Source of the DNA: Phoronis australis
Taxonomy: Eukaryota > Animalia > Phoronida
Assembly: GCA_002633005.1 (NCBI GenBank)
Contig: NMRA01000826.1
Span: forward strand, 66,978-130,977
Direction: 5' to 3'
DNA length: 64,000 bases
Positions 53,542 to 64,000 of this stretch are shown here, one piece after another. The position numbers were made by a program, and so were the translations under genes. Each line of letters begins with the position of its first letter. Position 1 is the stretch's first letter. The notes beneath the pieces were generated by a model, which saw nothing but the letters and a program-made list of their open reading frames with translations, made no database searches and was not told the origin of the DNA.

Positions 53542-56223
53542 TGAAGTGGAAGTTAGCTAAGGGGATGTCACAAATAAAGAGGATCTTGTTGCATCTCCTG
53601 TATGTGATTATTACCACGTCAAGGTTATGTACATTGAAGGACTCTAGAAAAATGGCTGAACATGACTAAGTTCAGAACATCATACCGGTAGTTTTATACA
53701 TCAGGAATGGCTCATTGGATTCATGTGAAACTTCCCAATACTATGATTTGTGCACTACTCTCCAATACAAGTAATTGCTTAGAAATGCTCCACTTTTTAT
53801 GAGGGCATGTTAAAAATACATCTTGTAAGTTCAATGATTTCCATGATAAAAGTATTTTAATACTTAAAAGTTGCATAAAACGCAAATGATATAATTAAAA
53901 AACACAGTTTTTGAGATTTCAACTTGTACGTTTAAATCAAATGAAATCTGGTCATGCCGTTGCTTTGTTATCTATGAAGTTATCTTTTTGTTAAGTTTAC
54001 CTAAATCATTTAGCAGGCTACTTAGTACTTCACAAGGTTAGCAGGATACTAGGCCTAGATTGTTTACACAACTAGTAACTCCCCAGGATCCAGACTGATG
54101 ACACCATCTGTATGATAGGCCACAGCAGTGCTGCTCTTCAATAGAAAGCACTTATGGACAAATGTGAGTTGATTTTGACCAAAAGCGTGTGATCAAGATA
54201 AGGTAATTTATAATTAACTTTCAAAATTAAATGAGAAAAACACAACAGTTGGAATGCTCAAGCACTTTCCACTCACAGTCAGCAGACAGCTTATCACTGT
54301 CTACATCTAAGTGGAAGTTGAAATAACAGCAGTAATCTACCCTAACTTGGACATGGAGGCAGGACTTCAGACACTGAGCCACTAAGACATGTCCAAATTA
54401 ATTGCCATGTTATTGACATGGTTGCTTAGCTATCTTCTCAATAAATTTTCTAAGGCACGGCCACATGACACAATCAATGACAGACTGATAAAAAGCAAAA
54501 AGCTGCTTTTGCGTTAAGAGTTCTTGTAGATATTTGATATAAATACAGACATGTGGATAAGGCCTTTTACATAACACTTAAGAGCTCCTTAAACGACAGT
54601 TAGAGGGTAAAAACAGTAAGATAGACTCACACTTAGCAGACCCAGTCCTTAGACAAGGTCAGACAGGAATGCAAACTTCAAACTGCAATTAACAAACACT
54701 GCCACAGTATGACCCAGAAGCAACAAAAGGTCCAGTGTGCCTTCATGTACAACTCGCCATATTGCAAATAAAAACATAGAGTTATTCCCCATTCGTGAAC
54801 CAAAACTGTGATAATAAAATCTGCAAGTGTAGCGACACATGCTATATCTGGAGAAAATATAACTTTCATTTAATCCACATGATAATAGAATTAAAAATAA
54901 ACCTTTTGAGATTTAAATTTTTTGTAGAAAACCTTAGGAATTGCCCCTACGAAAACACCATATTTGCCACAAGCATGTAGCAAGATTAGTGGCCAGCTGC
55001 AATCCAGCATCATGCATTGCTGCAAACACTTTGTTTGCAGGGATGTTGCCAGGTTGAGGGGGGGGGAAGTTGCACCCAAATTCAAAGACTTAAAAAATGT
55101 TTGCAGAAAGGTTGGGACATTTGATGAAATAAATTAAAAATTTAAATTTGAGATCAAAGATTCTGCATGGTGGTTTGGTAATTGTCCCAGTTATGTTGCA
55201 CACCCAGCAAACTAATAAGGAACATATTATTGCAAGATTAAACAAACCTTCAAACCTTTTAGATTGTAAAAGTCACATTCCTTGTCCAATTTTCAAAATT
55301 TAAAAAATAAACACCTGTGCTTTTAACAAACTATTCAAATATGCTATTTACAAAGTTTTAAAACAAAAATTTAAAAATACTGTTGTTGCTCCTAATGTGA
55401 TCATGATTGTCTCATTATCTAGGGGAACATAACACTAGCAGCCTGAGGCGATTTAATTAACCACAACAGCATGGTGTTTTTGATCTGAACCAGCTAATTC
55501 TGTGGAGGCAAACCCATCTCCACTGGTTAGGGTGACAAGGGATTCTTTTCATGATGTGACACAACAGTGTGCCATTGTTTATGTAGAGATTCATGGTCTA
55601 CAGACAAGTTCCTGTACTAGCCTTGTTCTGGGATAGGAATGTGAGTCATACATAAATTTTGAGAAAAGTTTATAGCCAAGTACCACTGATCATACAGCTT
55701 TGCTTGCTCCCCATTGGCTAAACTTCAGTGGATTATGTGAGTCTCTGACACCCACCAGACATTCAACTGCAGAATTTTCATTACCTGTTAATAGATGGAA
55801 ATAATTAATCAACATTAGCAGTAAAAGCAGGGTAGGATTGCCATTGCAGTGGCAGATTTAGGGGGAGGCCAAGGGGGCCAAGGGGGCCATGCCCCCCCTA
55901 AAATTGTACCCCAAATACCATGATGACCGTTATCGACAAGTCTGCACATTCAGGTATTATCTACAAAACTATAAAATTATAACTTGGCAAAAGTAGTACT
56001 TTCTGAAAGTAGAAAACCAAAACTGATGTCTGACTTTATGCTAATCTTACATTGATTGAGACACGTGACCATATTGTTTTAGGAATTAAAATTCAGGAGA
56101 AACGAACTTTACGCAAAAACAAAGGCAATACAACCACGTTTTGTTTGATATGTACTTAATATTAAACAAGAAATCTCAAATGTGTTGTTTTATGCCTTTG
56201 AAAATATTTTGTTTATATTTTAT

Positions 56224-56725
56224 CAGGGCTTGGAATGACCAATGACAAAAAACGCGGAAACTTTTACGGCCCAAATCATGCGCACTACCCAGCCTTGAAA
56301 TGGTGGATGTGTACCTTTCCCCGACAAAAATCAGGAAGACTAAAAAAAATGAAAAAAAAAAAACGTTACCACCATCAGTAGCATGCGTGTGCGTCCTTTT
56401 AGCTCGTCCGTCCACTCCCAACCCACACATTTTTGGCTGCAGGGCCGTAGTATTTGTCGCCGCGGTTTACAATAACACGAGACGCCATTGAAAATCCCAC
56501 CACGCTATCCCGGGCAATTTTGACAATTTACGTTCCTTCGAAACATAAAGAGCAACTTCCGCTTTTCGAGGTGAATGTTGTCTGCAACGCCCCAGTAAGA
56601 AAGGAATTTGCCGTGGAAATTTTATATCAAATCCGTTTTTTTTGCGCGGAAATATAATAAAATACGCAGACAGAACATATGAAAAAAGCGGAAATCCGCG
56701 TTTCCGCGGAAAATTTCAAGCCCTG
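56224..56725. mobile_element. MITE with CAGGGCTTG termini (hAT-like)
   Basis: TIR CAGGGCTTG(G/A)AA; repeated CGCGGAA subterminal motifs; TTTTAT on both flanks. Confidence 0.65.
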
Positions 56726-57121
56726 TTTTATGCAACTTTAATTTGTTTTTTTACAAAGATCATAGAAGTCTTATTATGAAAGTACCGCTTCACCCCAGCC
56801 AATATGCTAATTTTTGTTAATTACTCAATACTTTTCAGGTCAATAGATGTCACGTAACAATCTTGTTGCCCCACCCATTGGTCAAATAGCAAATATTGGT
56901 TTATTAAGCAGATTTGTCGGGTAAATAGCATCAGCTTTTTCATAGCTTAAAAACAGCGTTTTGTAGAACAGTGTACGGTAAGTTGATGTTTAAGGCAGAG
57001 GAGTCATTTCTGAGATGTGATGTTCCGAAGTTGTTCAAATTTTGACATTTTTCTAGGGTCCAACATAACCTTAAGACCAGTATTTTAACACGACTGTGTA
57101 AATCCGGCTTTATTACTTTAC

Positions 57122-57160
57122 CTCCTTCTACAACACGTCTGCGCATGCGCTGCGTATGCC
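57122..57160 (-). promoter_or_regulatory. Candidate promoter/first exon of the nested ParB-like gene
   Basis: NRF1-type palindrome TGCGCATGCGC at 57140-57150 in a CpG-rich patch, followed on the minus strand by a donor gag|gtaaag at 57121. Confidence 0.35.
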
Positions 57161-59419
57161 TAACACGAAACCGTGGACTGCAGGCCATGCACCAAAACTA
57201 AAAACTGAAGACATATCAGCATAACAAAGTAAAACACACCATAGCATGAGTAGGTAGGGCCCATCCTTCATGCAATTAAATTCAGGCACAGGCAAATGTG
57301 TTCACTTCTCTAATGTTGTACACAGTAGTTGGTTGCAAACAGCTGTTGTTGGTTTAGTGACAAGCATAAGCATCAGAGGAGGCAGCAGGACATCTATCAC
57401 TCACTTGACAGTAATGGTCACAGGGATTGGGAAACATTTGATAAGATTGGCACACAAAGAGCTTCTGGCACCATCAGCCAAAAGCTGTGTCCAGACAGAC
57501 TACAAATAGGAGCAAGTCTCACTCCAAAGTGCCGTTTACACTTACAAAGTTGACACAGATCAGCTGACACAGAACAAATTGTTCCAGAGTGTAAACGGAC
57601 TGAAACAGCGCAAATTGACACCGCGGTGACAAATTTTTGCCACCCGTTTGTGAGGTAGAGAAATTTGCTCCCGAACATCTTGCGCCATGTTAATTATAAG
57701 TCTAAACGCGAAACTGGAGTAAGGTGGAAAGGATCATCTCTACTGCGCTTGTGCATTGACCTACATACAGGTTCTTTGTCTCTGCAACTCTCGTCATTTG
57801 TAAACCTGCGCATGTGCGATCCAGGCTTTCCAGCCATTAATTTCCGTCTTGCCACAGTTAGTGAGCTGTGTGTGTAAACGGCCGCTTGACACGTGTCAAT
57901 TTGCTCTGTGTCAGTTGCGCGGGGCCAAAAGTTGATGTCTAAACGGGACTCAAAAGACATTGTCCCAATTAGCAGGCCAATAGCATGGTGGAATCAAATA
58001 CAGCTTAATTGCATTTCTCCAGGGAAAGTGTAAATAAAATAATATAAAATTACCAGCAGTCAAATTAAGAACTGTAGGCCTACTCATGATTGAGTAAGCA
58101 AATGAGTCTGAAACTAAAACATTACCAATAGACCTTTACTTTGCAGATAGTGCAGTTGCAGTGAATGATCATACTGATTTGTCACCTTTGGGCACTACGG
58201 TGATACAAGAGCAAATTCAGTCAATTTAATTTTAGTTAATTTTGAAATAAATTGTTCTCCTTTCAGAGTAAACACAACTGGTCTCACTTTGCTTTCTTAT
58301 TTACTTATAATTAATAAAAATTTTGGAAATTTCCAGCTGGCTGACTAAGTATCTATGGGGGCTATGTCTGGATGCTATGAGTGGACACGTCATGAGGTTT
58401 GGAACATAAAATGGGGGGCAACACTGGAGGAGAAAATGGAGAACGATGTGGATGGTAAAACGGGTTGTCTGTTTGGAAGCTAGTGCTTTCTAATTGGGAC
58501 ACCTCATTAAGCCAGCAAATTTATTTACTTAAAATAAGAACACACTTTCTGATGTGAAGTTCTTTAAACTAATTTCAAGTAGAACTTATTCACGAGATGC
58601 TCTTACAACACAAAATCACAATCACAGGTCTATTGACCTCTTCACAAAATGACATCCCACATACAGAATAGAGCTGCAAGCTCAAAATATCTGCAGCAAC
58701 TGTTGGGTCTTTAGCCTATATGGAAAAGTTGGGATTATTTCAGGTGACAAAGAACAATACAGTAAACCAGCCACAAGCACATAAATCTCACTGTTGGACT
58801 CCAGTCATAGTCTCCACTTGAACCCTCTACACAGCCTCCACACATAAACAGCTTCCAGACATAAGGGTCAGAATTTTACGCTATTATTTGCCTGTAGATT
58901 CAGGTTCAAAATATTTAGACATACATTAGCAGCACCAACTTCTTGGTCTAAGCCTTTCATTCCCTTAAAATTTTATTTAGAGTTGACATGGTCAAGGTAT
59001 TACTCTGCCATCAATGACATGACAGAATATCCCTGGCTGTGATTCAACTATAAAATCACAGTGATGTGTACGGAATATTCCCTGTTTGAAGATACCTAGT
59101 GTAGCCTTTGAAGACACACCTGCCTGCAATGATGGAATACTCCCAAACAAATAACAAAGTTTCACAACAAAATCATCAATGTTGTCCAATTTCTGTAACC
59201 TGCTTCCGGACTTCAAAAGTTACTAAAACAGAAATTCCGTGTCCGTTCTTTGCAAGCCCAGACTGAGTGAGGAGAAATTAAAGTCCAACATTAAAACAGC
59301 AAGTGGCTTGGTTCGTGAACTGAACACACTCAGGCTTCTAGCTGACAAAAAACAATTTGCCCAAAAATTGTGTGCAAAATAGACCAATCTATTAACAGTA
59401 GAGAGTCAATTCTACTCAC

Positions 59420-59477
59420 CAGTCCATCTGGTTCTTCTGAAACATTGGTCAGTTTCTCAATGAGATATTTTTCAGCA
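59420..59477 (-). CDS. FANCF: FANCF-like exon
   Basis: AEKYLIEKLTNVSEEPDGL; tttttttag|...|gtgagt; phase 2-0 fits both neighbours. Confidence 0.6.
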
Positions 59478-59883
59478 CTAAAAAAATGATTGTATAAATC
59501 AAACTTTGCTTCCCTTTAGCAAAAAAGAATACTCAGCTTACACTGACCACTGCCAGTTAGGAGTTTATGGTGGGTCTCTTCTGGTAAAAAATTAGCCTAA
59601 GGTGAAAACCTGGGTAAAAACATAGCTAACTTTGAACAAAAATTGGCAACAAAGTTTTAGACAATGAAGTGTTGTATTTGTCATAAGTTTGACAAAGCCA
59701 GAACAACTTTGATGAGGTTCATCAACCTTTTCAAACTGCTTTCTGTATCTGAAGCTTTAAAAACCCCAGGCTAGTGTCCACTCAGAGATGTATTAAAAGA
59801 ACTTTACCGGGAGTGTCTGCTTAATGGTGTATTAAGGGAACTTAACTAGAAGAGTTTACACTGTGCGGTTACCAAAACAAATG

Positions 59884-61549
59884 ACAAGAGCAACACAGAG
59901 CATTGAAATGCGCCCATGAATGCACCGCAAATGGTGTGCTTCTAGGGGTGTTTATTTGTATCATAAAAATGGCCACTAGATGGCGCAAACTACGCCAAAT
60001 CTATCCAACAACGAGAACATGCCGTCGTTTATTAATAGAAAGCTATTTATTGAATTTCATAAAAAATACGTAAATAAACTTCAAAGAAATAGAGGTACAT
60101 GGGAAAAAAGAAATTGCCACAAGGGGGCACAGCATTCGTCAAATATGTCGGAAAGTCGTCATCGTCCGTTGTCAACTTCATAGGAATACATTTGCAAAAT
60201 TTAATTAAACATCCTGCAGAGTGTTTAGGAGATACAGCTATGGGCACAAAAAAACCAAACTACCACTAGGAGACGCCACAGTATTCGAAGTCATCGGAAA
60301 ATCGTCAGCCCTCCTCTTCACATTAAGAACATACATGCCAATTTCCACAATCATCCTTCGAGTTGTTTGGTTGACAGAGGGGCAGATGCCGAAAAACAAA
60401 CACAAAAATAGTAAAAATGGCCACTAGGTGGCGCAAAATACCTCGAATTCAACCCAAAACCAGAGAATAGCATCACCTCACTAATAGACGCTTATTTGCT
60501 AAATTTCATGAAAAGCCGTCGAGAACCTTTGAAACCTAAGAAACAAAAAATTGCCACTAAGGGACACACTGATAACCCAATCCGTTCGAAACCTGAAGTA
60601 CTCTGCTTTCAACTTCATATAAATACATCAGCAAAATTCAATAAACATCTGTAGACCTTTTAGGAGATACAGCCATGGGCGCAAAAACAAACAAAACTGC
60701 CACTAGGAGGTGCCATAGTAGTCGAAGTCATCGGAAAATCATCATCAGCTGCCCTCTTCACAGTAAGAACATATATGCCAATTTTCATGTTGGTTGATAG
60801 AAGGGCAGATGCTGAAAACAGACTCGAAAACAGTAAAAATGGCCACTAGGTGACGCAAAGTACCTCATATCTGTCCAAAAACATGAGCATAGCATCATCT
60901 CACTAATAGATGCCTAGCTGCCAAATTTTATGAAAATTCGTTGAGGATCTCCAAAGATACAGAAACCTAAACGTAAAAAATTAAAATTGCCACTAGGAGG
61001 CACACCGGTTGTCAAAGAGGTCCGAAATTGGTCACCATCTGTTGTCAGCTTTATGGGAGCACATCTGCCAAATCTCATCAAGATCCTGTGAGGGCTTTAG
61101 GAGATACAGCCATGGGCGCAAAAACAAACAAAACTGCCACCACGAAGGCGCCACAGTAGTTAAAGTTGTCGGAAAATCATCGTCAGCCGCTCTCTTCACA
61201 ATAAAACATAAATTATATTGCAATTTTCAAAATCATCCCTAGAGAGGTTTAGTTCATAAAAGTGCGGATGCCAATGCATAACTGTCAAATTTTATGAAAA
61301 TCCGTTGAGGACTTCTGAAGATACAGAGGTAAGCGTAAAAACTAAAATTGCCACTAGGGGGCACACCTGGAGTTGCGGAGGTCATCGTCATCTGTCATCA
61401 GCTTCATACAAACATGTCTGCCAAATCTCATCAAGATCCTGTAAAGGGTTTAGGAGATACAGCTGCGGACGCCAGACACTGGACCACGGACGGCCACCTA
61501 GGGATGACAGCAATGTGCGGCCACATATAAATATGTGGGCGCATAAAAA
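59884..61549 (-). mobile_element. HINE-like element with internal array
   Basis: both termini; about ten GCCAC(T)AG units in a three-unit higher-order pattern. Confidence 0.82.
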
Positions 61550-61749
61550 TGAGCCACACTCTTTTGTTTGGGTTAACACTGTATGTACATGTACCTTTTG
61601 AAACCTGGTCACCTATTTTTGAAACTCTGTATATCATCCAGAGGAGGATTTATAAACAATGCACACTTCTCTATGACAATTGACCTTTAATTAGCCTTTC
61701 TTGTTGAAGATTTATCTCAATGTACATGCAGTCTGCATAACCCTCTTAC

Positions 61750-61931
61750 CAGCTTTTGTCAGGTGTACTTTTGATCACTGTTTTCACATGCTCGTACAAT
61801 AGCAAAGCGTGTGCCTTAAGTGTCAAGCAAGTAGTGCCATCTTTTGTTACTTCAACAGCAGCTCCTAATTCCTCAGCTAACAGACAGGATAACTGGTGCT
61901 CCATATTAACTTCATTGAGAGTAAAACACCC
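61750..61931 (-). CDS. FANCF: FANCF-like exon
   Basis: GCFTLNEV...LTLKAHALLLYEHVKTVIKSTPDKS, compare FANCF LMKTQAELLLERL; phase 0-2; donor gtaaga. Confidence 0.6.
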
Positions 61932-62593
61932 CTGAAATCAAAAGAGTCTCTATTAAATTTAATGTGCATTACATATCTAATAACAGAGAAAAAACCCTTG
62001 TGAATTGGAGAGTGTTTTTCAGATAAAAGTACTGGAGTTGACACATATGCTACGGAAGCACTTTGAGCCACAGTAAATCACATCTGGTCTTAAAAATATC
62101 AACTATCTTCACAGAAGTTTTTTTATTCCAATTGTATCCTTTGTTAGAAATGAAACTGCCCACACTGCCATGTCAACTGAAACTAAACCAGTGACACCAG
62201 TAATTTATGGATTTGGTATAAAACAGATAATAACCAAACATTTCCCAAATCTACTCTTGTGTGAAGTCACAATAACTGTCTACAAATCAGACCTAGACTA
62301 CATTATTGATTACGTGAGTTACTGTCGAATCATAGCTTGCTCTTGATTGCCTCAGTTTTGTAGCTCAAAGCCAGAGGTCATCAAGTGTAAATCTGGATTA
62401 GATGCTCAACTCCATAACCCACAATATACTTAACACAACCGTACACTTATTTTGATTTTATATCAAAGTAAAACGAAAAATGTTGATATTGAATACACAG
62501 ATTAGACCCGAAACCCAGGTCACCAGAAGACAGATGGAAGATTCGACATTAGACTCCAGTACATGTAGGTTATGTACACAGATAACACAATAC

Positions 62594-62680
62594 CTCTATA
62601 AAGCTGTCCAAATGTCCTTGGTAAGCGTTCAAAAGCTCGTGTAACAGATCATCACTTAAGTATGGATTCTGGACGAGATT
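62594..62680 (-). CDS. FANCF: FANCF-like protein, internal exon; gene starts beyond the window end
   Basis: NLVQNPYLSDDLLHELLNAYQGHLDSFIE, resembling human FANCF RLLENRALGDAARYHLVQQL; AG/GT, phase 0-0. Confidence 0.6.
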
Positions 62681-62723
62681 CTGTAGATACAGAAAAAATG
62701 TACACTAGCACTGTCAAACATCG

Positions 62724-63955
62724 AAGAGCAACGTAGTGTTTGATATGCTCCCATCACACGCATCACAAATTGCATGGAAATAAGATATAATCAGTTTTTA
62801 ACATGTTGCCAAAGTAATTGGATCCTTTTGGAAATCAAGATCAGTTGGCACTAACAGAACAAATAATGGTATAAATAGCTAATAAGTAGACACATGACAT
62901 TGTGTCACTAAGGTGCCGCCCAATAGTGAGATCCATCAAGAAAAGTAATGGAAAATGCTAAAGTAGACAGAGTACTGATTTGCCACTAGGGTGCACTGAA
63001 ATAGTCATATCCATCAAGAAGTAATGGAAAATACTGAAGTGCACACAATGACAATTTGCCACTAGGGTGCACCACAGTAGTCAGTTACAACAAGAAGAAC
63101 TAATCATAAATACAAAAGCACACACAATGACAAATTGTCAGTTGGATGCATCAAAGAACTTGGTAGATCATGAGGTACGCGCAAATAAAAACTAAAATTG
63201 CCATTAGGGGGCGCTACAGCAGAACTGTCCGAAAATTCATGTCGGATAGGGAAGCAGACACAAAACAAAACAAAACATGAAAATAATAAAATTATGCAAA
63301 AAAGGTCAAATCCATCTGAAACTGGGTGTAACCTATCCTTTAAAAAAACTTAATGGTAAATTTCTTGAACATCTATCATGATTGAACTTGATAGGTGACA
63401 AGTGTATGGAAAGACCTAAATTGCCACAAGCAGATGCAAAAGCAGCAGAACTATGTAGACATCAACGTAAGTCGTGCTCTCCTGAAAAACAAAAACCAAA
63501 TTTTGTAAAAGTTCCATCAAGGACTTAAGTAGATAGAGGCAGAGGCATAAAGCCACTAGGGGACGTTACTATAGCCAGACCTGTTCAAAAATCAATTTCA
63601 GAATGTGCTCTCCTGATTTGAAACACTCCAGCCAAATTATATATTAATAATTCTTCCAGAGGTTGAGTGACTAGAGAAGTGGATTAAAGGGGGCACAAAA
63701 TATGTTGAATCCATAAGGATGTCATTTTCAGTTCAATTTGTCAAATTTCACAAAATTCCATCGATGAACTTGGTGGATACTGGAGCTAACGTGAAAATTA
63801 AATTGCCTCTAGGGGGCACAGCTGTAGTAAAGTATATGCTAATTGTCATTATTATCTGTTGCCACCTCACTAGGAACACATCTACAAAATTTCATGGAGA
63901 TTATGCAAGACACTCAGAGATGACAACAAAATGTATCTGGCCACCCATGTGGGTG
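62724..63955 (-). mobile_element. Old, degenerate HINE-like copy followed by (GT)n to the window end
   Basis: AAGAGCAACG...GATATGCTCCCA end and periodic AAATTGCCACTAGGG units. Confidence 0.55.
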
Positions 63956-63968
63956 CGTGTGTGTGTGA

Positions 63969-64000
<32 letters not shown>

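Noticed and set aside
58992-59216. 74-aa minus-strand ORF as a further exon
   Set aside because: No fitting splice sites or motif, and not needed for phase.

Overview
AT-rich, intron-rich animal genomic DNA from a draft assembly (407-bp N gap at 21402-21807; single-N joins at 31547, 38447, 40687), probably an invertebrate deuterostome (inference). I rebuilt three spliced genes by hand from GT-AG sites and reading phase. (1) The 3' part of calnexin (+, 519-18390) has two paralogous transmembrane exons, with competing intronic base-pairing elements around them that look like a mutually exclusive splicing switch. (2) The 3' part of a divergent FANCF-like gene (-, 62680-22777) converges on calnexin and has a ~30.6-kb intron. 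(3) An apparently intact ~578-aa gene is nested on the same strand in that intron and encodes a ParB/Sulfiredoxin-like domain, coiled coils and a small beta-rich C-terminal domain. The rest is repeats. There are nine co-oriented DINE-1/HINE-like (Helentron-associated) copies whose ~145-bp internal units each carry a CTCF-consensus-like motif. There are also Harbinger-, hAT- and Tc1/pogo-type non-autonomous elements, Tx1/L1 fragments, minisatellites and three candidate intronic H/ACA snoRNAs. No database searches were run; family calls rest on remembered motifs.
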